64,000 nucleotides of DNA from the NCBI RefSeq assembly GCF_036321535.1, contig NC_087437.1, forward strand, positions 54,376,001-54,440,000, read 5' to 3'. Position numbers and translations under genes: made by a program. The notes beneath the pieces were generated by a model. The model was not told where the DNA came from and made no database searches. It saw only the letters and a program-made list of their open reading frames with translations. The DNA comes from Camelus dromedarius (taxonomy: Eukaryota). Below are positions 22,246 through 35,105 of the stretch, piece by piece; the stretch's first letter is position 1, and every line of letters begins with the position of its first letter.

Positions 22246-25200
22246 GAGAGCACCAAGCCAATAAGATCAGTTTGAGGCTCAGAGCTCTGCCCGACACAGT
22301 TAGCTCTGTGCCAGAGGAAATGCTGCTCTTCCTAAGGGGGTCCATACCCTTTGGCCAAGTCATCTGCCTCCTTGAAATTGCTCCAATGGAAATCAACAAA
22401 AGCACAAAGCTAAGTATCCTAGGATGTTCTTTACCAAATTATCCATAACGCTAAGCATCTGGAGACATAAAATTGCAACAATAGGTAAAAGCAAGAAAGG
22501 TATTGTGAATCACCACAATGGCATTTCTGCAGCCATAAAATAAAGATTGGAGCAATATGGCAAGTGCTTATAATATTAAGCAAAAACCCAGACTGTGAAT
22601 AATACGTGATGTGATTGCAGCTACATTAAAAGGTGCATTGTATACGGACCAGAAGATTCAAGGTACTATGGAAAATAAAAATGATTGCAAAAGATAAAAG
22701 AACCATAGGTAACTTTTTCTCTTAGTAGCTATGTACTATGTACGATATAAAAGCATCTTAGTATTTCAGTAGGTTCAAATCTGTATTCTTATCCAGCTGT
22801 TTATCCACATCTGTTTTCCCCACCCAGTTCGATATCATACATCTGTCTCTATCAAGTTATTTATAGTTCTGTTTGTGCTGACTTGCTCCTGCCTCACTTA
22901 GCATGTCAGTCCTTCTGTAAGTGAAACCCACACAATTTGGGGCAAGGAGTGTTTAAACAATAATGTTCCAAGCTGCTGTTGCTTGAGAGATGTTTGATGA
23001 TACCACGCTGGAAGTGTCACTGTGTTGCAAATGGAGGATCCATTTTCAGTTTGGACTCCAATCAGGAAGAGACCTTTCCCACCACAGAGGCTTTAAAACC
23101 CTTCCCAGCAACCAGCATGCAGAGACCAGCGCTGCCAGGACTGATGAAACCTGATCCTCACTGAGGAAACGCAGCTCCAGCATCATCATTGAACAAGATA
23201 GTGCCCCTGCATGACGGGGGAGCCAGGCCATGGCCCCCAGATCCATAAGCAAGGAAGTGCTCACATGCAATCGGAGAACAGCTAAGGTGTTGGTGGAGCT
23301 GCCAGTCCCAGGGTGAGCAAACACAGACTGAGATTTCTCTGTGGCCAGCAAGTAGAGGTCTAGAGCACGTGATGGGTATTTCAGTCCAGATCAGACCATG
23401 AGGAACCAGAGAATTCTGGCCCAGAGAAGAGGATGCTAACCCCACCAGGACTCTCCCCTCAGCCCTAGTCACCTGGATGCCAGATCTTCCCTAGAACCTC
23501 CCTAATTTGGTACCTGAACTCACTGTATGGTCTGTGTAAGATTCATTTTCTATAAGATCATGCGGGGCATGGTGTTTAAATCTCATTCTGGAGAGTGAGC
23601 TTGGGCATCCTCAGCACATCATGATAAAGGGCTGGGCCGAAGGACATCAGGAATCGCTCTGTAGACACCCGTAGACACCCGGATCAGGTGAGGGCTCTCT
23701 GACGTCCGGAATCAGGGCTCGGCACCCCCAGGCAGGCAAACCTGGGAAAGCAATTGCTCAGAGAAAATTCTGTTTGAACAGGCTTGTGTCTTTCTGAATC
23801 TGAACCTATACCTACTGGATGAAGGAAGTCTTTGATAATTATTTCCATAAGAACATCACAGACGAGAAGGATACATAAGCAAACTGCAGCACAGGCTGCT
23901 TCGGGCGAGGACAGCAGGAAACTGGGAAAAGAATAAGAGGAGGACCTTTACTGCATGTCCTTTATGCTTTTCTGTATTTTGTGAACTACTCATTACCAAA
24001 TCAAATAAACAGGTGAATAAGGAATGAACAATTAGGTAAAATTAAACAAAATGAAAATCTACAGAAGAGATTTGCCAATGACATCTCCCTGGACTAGAGA
24101 CTGAGACCAGCAGACAATTTAAACGGTGGTGGCAAAAATTAATGGGTGACAAGAAGACTTCGTTCACATAAGGACCCTAGCCACCTTCTGAGTTTATTAT
24201 TTGAAATTTACTCTTTAGGGTTAAGACACTATCACACCATAACATGGTCTCATGTACCTTTAAGGGGAAGAAATAAATTCACTTTTGTCTAATACAAATT
24301 CAAAATGAAGCCTCCCTACAGGATGGGCAAGGGAGCAGCCAGTTCCTCGGTGACTGGAACTGTATCTCTGTGACCCTAAAGGTCAGTGTCTGCATTGAGG
24401 GGGAGGGAAATGTGGGTGGGAAGTAAGAATTGCTGCCAAGATTCACAGCGTCAGCTCCTCCAGTTTAGCTCTCAAGGCCACGAGGCAGGATCAGGTGAGG
24501 ATCAACTCAAGCTCTTCCCAAGCCTGCTGCAGAGACAGCCCTGTGGGGCCAGCGACCACAGAACCCAGGGCCGGTGCACTGAGCAAGCTTAACCCTCTGC
24601 CCGAGAGCCCCTCGGGCGCTCCTCACCAGCAAGGAGTCATCCTTGCTCTCCTCGCAACAGGGGCCCGAGGCACTCTGCAAAGGGCCCTGCCTCCTCAGAG
24701 TGGTGGTGCCTCGATGCAGCAGGCCTTGAAAAGAAGGGAAGAAGCAATATGGGGAAACAGAGGAGGCCCCTGGTCCGCCATCAGCAGCGGTACAAGCGCA
24801 GGTGTGTGAACAGTGGGTGCCAGCAAAGGACAGGCTCTCTGAGATGAGATGGCATCACTGTGTCTTTGCCTTCTAAGCCTGGGGGCTTTTGGATCACCTC
24901 CTGCCAAAAAGAACTGAAGATGGGGTTTCTTGACCCCATCTGAACGAATGACTTGTGTACAAAAGCCTCAATTCAGGAAGAGAAGTGAACCAAAGCAGCC
25001 AGTCCTAATCCTCTCCTGAGGAAGCATCACTGCTTGTTCGAAAAGCACCTCTACAACCCAGCAGCACTTGAAGTCCTGGGGTCTGAGTGGCCCTCTAGAG
25101 AGCCAGGCCTCCGAGCCCCGGGAAGGGGAATACAGCCCATCCAGAGCTCTGCCTGACTTCACTGAAATGGGGAGAAAGGGTGCCTCTCCCTCCACCGTGC

Positions 25201-25859
25201 CACCAGACCACGCTGCCTAAAGCCCAGCCTCTTTGGTGCTCAAAAGCCTTCAGTGGCTCCCAGCTATTTTTCACTTGTCTCCTCTTCCCTCTGACACTCA
25301 GGGCCTCCAAGGTCTGGTGCTAACCCACGTGCCAACAAAGCTCCCCTCTCCCAGGGGTGCACACCTAGCCAAGCCCACCCCTCCATACCTAGTAAGCCAG
25401 CCCAAATGTCTTCTCTTTGTCCTGACCTTTACTGTCCACTACTCTGGTCACCTATTCAAGAAGAATGTCCCTCTCTCTCAACTTTAAGAGCATTTTCTCT
25501 GAGCTTTTTTCAGAGCTCATAACTTTCTCCTTTGCATTTTGTACACTGTGTGCCTCTGGGGCTCCAGACCGTGCCCTCGGGGTGGTCCCGGATGGCACTC
25601 ACCTGTGGATACTGGAGGGACTGGCTTGAGGGACTGAGTTCACGGTCATGGAGAGAGCACAGGCCACCTGAAGGTCTGCCAAGTTTGCTGGAGGTGGAGA
25701 GCTGAGCTGGCTGACCTGTTTCCTGGTAGCTCCAGGGTTTCATGCATCTGTGAGTCTATGAATAGGCAAAGCAAAAGGCCACACTGAGCATCTTTTCTGC
25801 TCCTACCCCCAGTCTCAGGTTCAGGGAGATCCCTCAGGGATCGATGCTTTAAATCACCC

Positions 25860-27130
25860 TTCACGGCACCGCTGTGGAGAGGCACTCCTTCCAGGAGCTG
25901 ATAGATGCTGACTGTCCTTTCCCAAGGAGGATGCTTTGGAGACCGGCTGTGTTTTCCCTCTGCGCCCTCCTGAGTCTCTCAGGCCCTCTGGCCTGCCCGG
26001 AACTGGTAAGGACTCTGAAGAGAGTCGCCCTTCTCCTAAGAGTGTGCCAGAGGCTCCTGCCCACCTTCCGCCACCTCCTCCCCACTTGGCCTCAGGTCCT
26101 CAGGGCCCGGCGCTGGGAGTTCTGGGGTCACAAGGAGGAGACAGCTGGGTGCAGGGCAGGGACAGAGGGTACAGAGCCATCTCCCGTGCACCCTGCAGGG
26201 AAAGGAGAGGGAATTTGACTGGAGCCTGTTTTCGGGGTAATTCGGCATCAAACAACACTGAGGCCTGAAAACTGGCCAAGTCTTTGTTTTGTTTTGTTTT
26301 TTCCCTTTCCACCAATCAGCCCCGGGCCCAGGGGAGTGGGAGGGTGGGGGGCTGGGGGCTGCGCACGCGGGGCAGAGGGAGTGCTGAGCCTGCAGAAGCG
26401 GCCCATTGAGAGCTGCTGCTCACAGCGGCCGGGCGGTGGGTGGCACCCCGGCCTCCCCCCACAAGGCCAGCTCTGTCCTGTGGGCACAGGGCTCCGTCCC
26501 AGCCCCACTGGCTGGGAGAGAACAACATTTCCTTATAAGGCCCCGTCCGCCTTGCCAAGGCTGGACGCTCCAGCAGACTGTAGCTTTCCATTCTCCTCAC
26601 CCGGCTCCAGCGCAGGCCTTGAATGTCGCCCTTGTTGTCAGGCCCCTCCTCGCCTCCACGGCCCCCACCCCACCCACTTCCATTCCGGGCCAGAGCCAGC
26701 CCCACCGAGCCGGATAAACAGCCCGGAGGCCTCTCCCATGCGGGGCCTGCCTGGCTCAGGCCTGCTGGAGGCAGCACAGGGTAGCAGACGGAGCATCAGG
26801 ACGCCGGGTTCACAGGCCCTGTGGTTCCCTCACCTGTGCTTGTGCCTCGGGAGACGGTTCAGGCTCTGGTGAGCCCGTCTCCTTCTCTGGAGAACCAAGA
26901 GCTCATTGCCACGGGGTCCAAATTCTTTGCATTTCATTCAAAGCCCTTGCCCATCAGCCTAGCTTCTGAGCTTCGCCTCTCCTGCCCACCCCCAGGCCGG
27001 GTTCTCCAAGCCTCAACCCCGCCCCACCCCTGCTGCCAGGCTGAAGGACCCGGATTCAATGCTGAGGGAGCTCCACCCGCAGAGTCCCACCCTAGGTGTA
27101 CCTCCTTCCCCTTCCCCGGGAAAGCGAATC
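25860..27130. promoter_or_regulatory. GC/CpG-rich promoter- or enhancer-like island
   Basis: Visible CpG retention relative to the rest of the window. CCAATCAG 26312; G-run cluster 26331-26358; NRF1-like TGCGCACGCG 26360; CArG CCTTATAAGG 26531-26540; CATTCC 26681; GC box CCCCGCCCC about 27017. Confidence 0.65.
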
Positions 27131-27149
27131 ATTTCTTTCCTCCCTTCCA

Positions 27150-27345
27150 TATCTGCATGCACCCCCCTTAGAGCCTTTCAGTTTTGCAATTGCAATCACA
27201 TGTTTACATGCCTTTTCCTTTATCAGAGCATGAGCTTCTTGAGGCTCAAATGAATCCTCTTTATATTCAGGAGTTCTACCACCATATCGGGCACACCACT
27301 GCTGATTCATAAAAGGTCGCTGTATGAATACCTGAATGTACAGTG
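27150..27345 (+). mobile_element. L2 3' end
   Basis: 'tgtttacatgccttttcc..tgagcttcttgaggctca..tctttatattc..tgaatacctgaatg'. Confidence 0.6.
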
Positions 27346-28429
27346 TTGGGCAAGCTCTAAAGAGACAATTGATGTGCAAATAACTCTGTAATCTATAAAG
27401 CACTGTGCACCTGTGAAGGCTAGCAAACTGAATCATGCCTCCCTCCACTCCAAACTCTACTCTTTGTTACACCATTCTACCTCCTTTCCCTGTCTGCCTA
27501 GGCATGCATCCTGAATTCTGGGCTCCCTGCAAGCCCTCAGGTGCTCAGCATCTATTATTAAGACATTAGTGGTCCTTAGGATGCTTAGTGTTGGGGACTA
27601 AAAGGGCTTTGGGGAATTAGCCAATCGTTTCCACCCCGACATCTTTCATGCACGTATCACATGGCAACACAAGTTGATTAAATGAACGGGCTACAAGTCC
27701 TCAGCCCCATCTCTTTCACCACTTCTCCATGCTAGGTTCCCACAGCATTCTCAGGAAAAAGAATCCAGTGGCTTGCAAAATTAGAAGCACATAGAATAAT
27801 TCAATCTCAACATGTGACAGTTGAAGCAGCTGAGCATCCTAACAGAAAAGTGGCTTTCTTAACATCACATGAGTCACACACAGAGTCAGGACATACCTGG
27901 GGTCCCTGACTCTTGCCCACCAAAGCCTTGCCCTGCCTTGTCGCCTGCTTGGTGCTGAGTAATGATGGATGTAGCTGCGTACCTTGTCAAGCTATGTCCT
28001 TATGGGCCTGGGATGTGTCAAGTTCCAAATAAAGAATTTCAGTCTCTGCTAGAACAAATCTTTCTGAAGTGGGGATTCTGCAAATTATCAGGTCAGTGAT
28101 TTGCAAGCACAGCACCGTTAAGTACTGTAGTGAGATCCTATTCCCCATGAACCTAGCAACAATTTTAATGATGAAAATCTTATCCCGGGACGTGATACCC
28201 TTTCCGCCATCCACATACTCATTTTCTCAGCAAAGATGTTGGCAGAACAAAGCCCACAGTTAATCATGAACTGTGTTCTAACACTATGATTTGTCACAGA
28301 GCCAAATTCAGTATGTAAGGGGGGTCTGCCTTGGGCTGCACCCAAAAGGATTTAGTTACTTGAACACCAAAATACCTAATTATAGTGAGATTTCTCCTAG
28401 GAGATGCGTAAAGCTAGACCCTGCAGGAA

Positions 28430-28640
28430 GCAATGAGAAGTAGATGGAACACTGGGCCAGAAGTTAGGAGATCAGTCCCTCTTCCCAACTCTGACACTGA
28501 CTGTGAATCCTAAAGAAACTCAACTGTCTTTCTAGGTCTTCATTTTCTCACAAAATGGGAATAATGATGCCTCCAAGATAATTTCCAAAGGAAGTAAGAA
28601 TTAGACAAATTGAGATTATGGATATAGAAGTGTTCCATGA
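28430..28640 (+). mobile_element. MIR SINE
   Basis: 'ggaacactgggccagaagttaggaga..ctctgacactgactgtga..cattttctcacaaaatgggaataatgat'. Confidence 0.7.
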
Positions 28641-29073
28641 ACCATAATTTTTTAAAAAATATTTAGCCTAAATAAGGGCTAGTTATTAATAGGCAGTGGT
28701 TCTTCCCTTGGGATTGTTCTTCTGGGTACAGAAAGAAAAAAGCTTCCTTCTCCAGCATCCTGCAACACTCGCTCCATCCCCCAGCTCCCTCCTGGCCACT
28801 GGCAGCCACAGGACTGCTGATCACTTTCCAGGAAATCAAGAGAGGGGTGGGGCTGCTCCTTCAGGAGAGTTGTTTAAGAAGCTGAAGGGCAGACAAAGAG
28901 AGCATTCTCTCACCCTGCTTTCCCCTCCACTTTCTTCCCAGGTACAAAGAGAAGGGGTTTGCCAAGTCCAGGTTCTGGACCAACTAGGTGAATCTGGGAC
29001 ATCACTTCGCTTCTCTGAGCCTCCTTTTCCCAGTATGTAAAATAAAGAGGTGGAATAGAATGATGTTTAAATC

Positions 29074-29204
29074 TGGGGATAACAATGTAACTTACTGCAA
29101 AAAAAATAGAGACACTTTTGAAAGTGAAAAATGATTGCTAGTTTTACCAGGAGGACCATGGCAAACAGGACCGTACCAGGCAAACTTGATATATGGACAT
29201 TTTA
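29074..29204. mobile_element. hAT-Blackjack MITE (MER81-like)
   Basis: 'gagacacttttgaaagtgaaa..aaacaggaccgtaccaggcaaacttgatatatggaca' follows the MER81 layout. Confidence 0.65.
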
Positions 29205-29369
29205 TTAAACGCTGTTTCAGTGTACACCATTACTGGGAAAACAAAATGACCCTGAAAAAAAAAATCAGTTCCACCAGTGGGATCTTGGCCACACTGAAAT
29301 TTTGACTAGATCTACAGGCTGTTTCTACCCTGTTTTCAGTCACCAAGGGCAAACTCAGTCACACGTCTA

Positions 29370-29570
29370 AAGGAGCTTCATACCATCAAGCATTTCTACA
29401 TCCTTTATCTCCATGCAACAGCCCTGTGAGGCAAGCCTGCGACAGTGGTAAACCCATTTTAGAGATTTGTTATTTTTTAAAGGCCTAGAGAAAGTTAAGG
29501 ACTTGCCCAAGTTCATGGAGCAAAGGGAAGCACAGTCAGGTCCTGGACTCGGGCTCCTATTCTTGCCCCA
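29370..29570 (-). mobile_element. MIR SINE
   Basis: 'caacagccctgtgagg..cccattttagagat..agagaaagttaaggacttgcccaagttca'. Confidence 0.8.
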
Positions 29571-30189
29571 CCAGGCCAGATAACTAAGGAGGGCAATTAA
29601 TTTGCAGATACAGACTGACTTTAGACTGGCTACCTTCCATCGCCAAAGTTCCTTCTCCATCCATAACAATGATACTCAAAGCATAGAAATGTTTTTAGAC
29701 CTCCCTAAAGCCTGAGGTTGATCAGGGTCTTAAGACTCAGCTAAATTTACAGATGAGGAAATCAAATCCCAGAGACAATGAGCTGGCCAAGATTACTCAT
29801 CAAGATCCACAACCAAGTAGAGGTTAGGTCCCCAAACTCCTTCTTTAGCATTCTTCTGATATGAACTAAACACAGACTTAGGAAAGTAAACGTAACTTAT
29901 ATTTCTTCCCTTCAAAGATTCATGAATTTCTTTTTGATTTTCTAATGTTGAGGAACCCCACACTATTACTTCCTTCCCTGAGCTTGGAGAAGTGAGAGTT
30001 GAGAATTTTCGGGTCTAAGGCATTGCAACAGACACTTCTTAATCTTCTTCCTGCACTTCCAGCGAAGATAAAATTAAATGAAGTTTCCTCCTGGGCAAAG
30101 CTTCCGTAATTCAAAATGTTTACAAGAGTCCTGAAGACAAACCAAAAAGAGCTTGCCACTTGGGGAGGGGCACTTGGAAAACGCATAAG

Positions 30190-30335
30190 AAGCCTTGGGT
30201 TGAAGTTCTGGTTCAGTGACTCCTTAGCGGTACTGCTTTGACCAAGTTATTTCCCCTCTCTGGGCCTCAGTTTCTTCATCTGTAAAGTAAAGGAGTTGTA
30301 TTTGGGTAGTGTCTAAACATTCTCCCAGCTCTAAA
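30190..30335 (+). mobile_element. MIR3-like SINE
   Basis: 'tttgaccaagttatttcccctctctgggcctcagtttcttcatctgtaaagt..ttctcccagctctaa'. Confidence 0.8.
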
Positions 30336-31279
30336 ACACTAGAAGTATCCAAACTGTAAGTGTAGGTGTTTTTGAGTGGAAGACTGATCAAATTCTTTTG
30401 TGTCCATCAGCCTCAAAGAAGTCATAAAAGGAGTGGTTTTGTCATCCGTCATATCTTGCTGGTGGATATTTCCTGCCCCGTTGCCCTCTGCCCCTATGCC
30501 CCACTGCTGATTAGCACAGGTAACCACTTGTGCAGGCTAAAAGGGGCAAAGAGGCTGGTCACCCTCTCCAATACCAACCATGGGGTGGCGGGTTAAATCA
30601 GAAGCATTAGCCAAGTGGTCTAATTGGCTGATTCCTCATAAATGAATACAGCTCTGGCAAACTTTGCTCAAAGCCTGATCATTTATCTTCTAATTTACTA
30701 CCTGTGCTGAGATCATTGCTATCTGTATTTCTCCAAGGAACTGTAACTACAGGGCAAAATAACGACTCTATGACATTCGTTGATGTCACTGAGTCCAAAT
30801 GTCCCTGAAGATGGAGGGAAACTTTCCAAGAGACATATATAGCAATGACTTGTTTCTAATACTGAAGACCAACAACAGAGCATAAGCAGCGTAAGCAGAA
30901 TCATAAGATTCTGAGCTGAGAGTTCAGACCCAAAATACCCATTCTGTCAGTCTTCCTCTTAAGTGGGAGGTGAAGCTGGTTGGAGTCAACTTCTGTGCTT
31001 CATGCCCAGCACCCTCTCTCTTTCCTTTCATGCAGAAAGTTCTCATTCAGTGGAAAATCCATCCCGTGTACTATGTACGAGATAGATTCTTCCCACATAG
31101 CCAAAGAGGTAAACATATCTTGAGCTGAGTCATTATATGAAGATGAAAATCATGACGAATGTGAATATGAGACCAAAGCAAATCAATCCAACTCCTTACT
31201 TTGACTTTTCTGCTTTTAGGAAAGTTGATTATTTTTTCCCACTGGCTTTATTTAGTTGATAAATGTGAGACTTACAGGT

Positions 31280-31476
31280 GATCGTCCTGCCCATCCATGG
31301 AGAGAGCTGGAGAGAAGAAACCCGGACGACATTATCTGAGCCCCTGGATACACCCAAGCCTCAAGTAAGACTACTGACTACTCAGGCTTTTCTGTTGCTG
31401 AGTTCATAAATACTCTCTTTGGTTCGGGCTACTTTGAGTTTGGTTTCTGTAATTTGCAACCAAAATAATCCTGACT
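31280..31476 (+). mobile_element. Old MaLR LTR 3' part (MLT1J/K-like)
   Basis: 'tgagcccctggata..tttgagtttggtttctgtaatttgcaaccaaaataatcctgact'. Confidence 0.7.
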
Positions 31477-31849
31477 CTTGTTAGCTTCTTATCAAATCCT
31501 ATAGAACCTTTGAATATCAGAGCCGAAATAATTTCTAGTGTGTTCGAGTCCATGTGCATATATAGAGAAACTGAGAGGATCTGCTCAAAGTTACCCAAAG
31601 GAGTTCTAGGACTGGAAACCAGATCTCTGTTACCCTAAAACGTTCCCCGGAGGTCACTTATTCCAATACTCAGGTTGATGCTAATGTCAATTCTACACTG
31701 TGAAACACAGGAAAAAAATGTATCATCTCTGAACATCATTTTTTCCAAGAGCATTAGGAATGCCATGGCACTGAAGTTCCCCAAAACATTCTAGTCATAC
31801 ATTTGTGTCATCCTTTTATTTCTCACAATATGTTTATTGCTATTATAAA

Positions 31850-32085
31850 TCCAGAGCATAATGCCTAGCTTCAAATCTCATCTGCTGTTTACTTACAAGT
31901 TTTATGTACTTGGACAGATTAATTATAATATTGTGCATCAGTTTCTTCATCAATGAAATGGAGGTAATAAAAACAGTGCTCACTTCAGAGAACTATTATA
32001 ATAATCATGGACAAAATTCATGTAAAGCATTTAGCCCAATGGCTGGCATGCAGCACTCAATGATTTTGACTATTGCTATTAGTTT
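31850..32085 (+). mobile_element. MIR SINE
   Basis: 'cttcaaatctca..catcagtttcttcatcaatgaaatggaggtaataa..tgtaaagcatttagccca'. Confidence 0.8.
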
Positions 32086-32799
32086 ACAATTTTTGAAATA
32101 ACACTGAGTTATAAGACAGCCTATAGATTAAAAAAGAAGTCAAGGACCAGAGAGGATAAAGGACATGCCTGAGGCAACATGATCATGAGTAGAAAAACTA
32201 AAACCAAGTCCCAGGTCACGTGATCCTTACTTTAAACTGCATTCCATAAATCCAGCTGGTCATTTCAGATTGTGTTCACTCGTTCATACATTCACTTGAA
32301 CTTTCTGTCACTATTTTACATACTCATCAGTTCAGCAAATATTTCCTGAAAACCCCAGGTCCTTTCCAGCCCCAGGATCCTCTGTTTAGAGATCTGGGTT
32401 CTGGTTCTAGTTCTTTACTAATTCACTCCTGAGGCCCAGGACAAGTGACTTCATCTCTTTGGGCACCAGTTTCTTCAAGAGACTGAGCAAGTGTCTGCAA
32501 GGCTCCTTCCATAGCAAGCCCCTATTTACTGTCCTCAGGACGCCATGCTTTGGAGGAACCAAGGTACCATCATGGTGCTTACCTAGGGGAGCCCACAGCC
32601 AAGCAGGGAGAACAAATCTAACCAATGTGCACTTGCTCCACGGTGCATGCACATCGTTAGGAAACAACGTTTCCTAATCAAATAAATTTGATGTCTAAAT
32701 GCCACATGCCGGGGTTCACGGGAAAGTTGACTTCGGGCATATTCGGGGCAGGGGGCTCTCCCTTCCCCCAGATGGATGACCATCTATAAGTTCAAATAG

Positions 32800-33460
32800 A
32801 TTTGCACACTGGCAGCCCTGGGGCCCGATGAAGACCGTGCAAGTGTTTTTTGCTTGTTTGTTTGTTTTGTTTTTTCTTTTTTGGCCCACAGTGCTTTTTC
32901 AAAAAAAAAAAAAATTTAAGTCAACTTTTAGCAGCTGGGAAGCTTCTCATTAAAACTCAGACTTCTGGTTTCTCTTGAAAAAGCAAAAGATGTAGCAACA
33001 CTGGGCTGGAACCTCTACAATGGCAACTGACATCTTAGAGCTTCCTCTTTTAGAGGGGATGTATCACTCCCTAAATAGAGGGGAAAATTTGGCTTCATCT
33101 CAAGGCAGACTGTATAAAGTCCATCATGGCTTTTCCTATCATCCAAATTTTAAAATATTTATGGGAGAGAGGGAGAAGGGAGCTGAATATATTGTAATAT
33201 ACATATATAATATATATATAGTATATATGTATTTATATATATATACTATATATATTGTGTATATATGTATATAAACCTGAATATATATATTTTTTAATAT
33301 TGAGACAGTTAAGTTTCTGGGCTTCCTTAAGTTTTAATTTCAGCCTAGCAAGGGGACAGCATGCTTTGGTATTTCATCAAGAGAAATATTTCTAGATCTG
33401 GACAAATCACTTATACAGGTTACTTCCTGTCCTCAAAGGGCATTTGGTTGGTAACTCTGG
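32800..33460 (+). mobile_element. hAT-Charlie DNA transposon remnant (Charlie4-like) with an internal (TA)-rich tract
   Basis: 5' 'ttgcacactggcagccctggggcccga..ttggcccacagtg'; internal 'cttctggtttctcttgaaaaagcaaaagatgtagcaacactgggc'; 3' 'gttacttcctgtcctcaaagggcatttggttggtaactctg'. TA-rich tract at about 33186-33300. Confidence 0.65.
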
Positions 33461-33818
33461 GTCTTACTGAGATGTACTGGTAACCTGACTCTGTGACAAA
33501 AACAGTCCTGATTGTTATGGTTTGCCAAATTCCATGTGTGAGAAACTGCCATAGCCTAATGCAAGGATACTTTAACTGTCAACCCCCAATATTTCTGAAA
33601 TGTTAGCAGGTGTCTCTTGGGAGACAGTGCAAGCAGACTCAGCACACCAGATCTATCTAATCCCAGAACATGAGAGTGTCAGAATTGTGTTACTTTCCTC
33701 TCACTCAGAACTCTATGGAGGAGACATAAGAAATATGAAATATGAGCCTACCTACCTTTGGAAGAATTTTGGTCTAATTCAGGAGATAAAAGCTAACACC
33801 TTAGAAATAATTAGAGGG

Positions 33819-34008
33819 TGTTTCTGCGGGGAGGGTGTAGCTCAGAGGTAGAGTGCCTGCTTAGCTTGCACAAGGTCCTGAGTTCAATCCCCAGTGCCTC
33901 CGTTAAATAAATAAATAAACCTAATTACCTCCCCACTAAAAATAAAATTTAAAAACGATAATAAAGAAACAACAATAACAAAACAACCCAGATGCACTCA
34001 TTTAAAAA
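33819..34008 (+). mobile_element. Camelid tRNA-derived SINE (Vic-1 type) with extended tail
   Basis: 'ggggagggtgtagctcagaggtagagtg..ggtcctgagttcaatccccagtgcctcc..aaataaacctaattacctcccc'. TSD aaataattagaggg (33805-33818) / aaatagttagaggg (34009-34022). Confidence 0.92.
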
Positions 34009-34029
34009 AAATAGTTAGAGGGCCTTTCA

Positions 34030-34736
34030 AGAAGAATCAATGCCTTTTCCAACATCTCTGCTAGAATGTCTATTAAGAATATCTATATAAGAAAATCAAA
34101 CTCACTACAGCCAAAATAGGTTTCTTGGATTTCTTGCGAAAGCAGGATTGTATTCCTTCAATCTTCCCATCTCCATGTAGCCTTCCTCCCAGTTCTCAGG
34201 CTAAAGATAAGGTGTCACCCTTGATCCCTTTCCCAACCCCTTTGATGAATCCAGAAACAAGCCCGGTGTCTACCTCCAAAATTTATTTGAAACCACCCAC
34301 TTCCCTGCATCCCATGGCAGCCATCCTAGTCCCACACCTTTCTTGACCCATCTCTCCTCTCAACTCTTCCTCAGCATCCACCTTCACCAGCTACTTTTTC
34401 TCTCCATCCCTAAGCTCTTACCATCAATAGCTCCTTCTAATTCTTCAGATACCTGTTTAAATGTCACCATACAGAAGTCTTCTCTGCCTATCCCGTCTAA
34501 AGTAGCTCTCCCTCCCTGACTGGTAATTCCTCATTCCATCAGCCTATTAATTATCACAGACTTCCCTTATTTGCTTATGACTCGCCTTCCCTGCACATAC
34601 AAAATGTAAATTCCGTGAGAGTAGGAACCTTTTATGCCTTGTTTTTGCACTATGTATTCTGCCTAGCGCAGTGCTTAACACCTAGTAGTCGCTAAGTAAA
34701 TACTTGTTAAGTGAATGGATGAATAAATTGAATGAT
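34030..34736 (+). mobile_element. L2 LINE 3' portion
   Basis: 'tctacctccaaaatttat..cacttccctgcatcccatggc', 'aatgtaaattccgtgagagtaggaac..tgcctagcgcagtgctt..aaatacttgttaagtgaatggatgaat'. Confidence 0.85.
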
Positions 34737-35105
34737 AAAGGTGAAGTGAAGAGATCTGACATTTCAAAATTCCCTTTTGGCGCTAACATTTTAGGAGTCT
34801 GTAGCTTTAAGAGTGTGATTTTATACCTTCTTATGCAGGCCCAGCTCTTAAAGCAAAGCGGGATTCAGTGGGAGGGCAGATGAGTGAAGGCACCAGGAGT
34901 CAGTAGCAGTCAGGGAAGGCTCCCTGGACGAGGTGATAAATATGCTGGGCTTTTCCAGCCTTCATAATTACTTACACAAAAGGTATCTGTCATTTGACAA
35001 AATGTTTGCCCTAATCTTCATTTCAATTGCGCTTGTGTTCATAAAAACTTGAAGGGCACACTTTTCAGGAACACCTACCTTCTAAACTGTTGTGTCCTTA
35101 TATGT

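Noticed and set aside
26294..26872. 192-aa ORF and overlapping ORFs on both strands
   Set aside because: Pro/Gly/Ala/Arg-rich frames are expected from stop-codon scarcity in GC-rich DNA. Non-ATG start and no homology recognised.
33828..33900. tRNA-like sequence with A and B boxes
   Set aside because: It is the SINE head: SINE tail and TSDs follow, and four diverged copies occur in the window.
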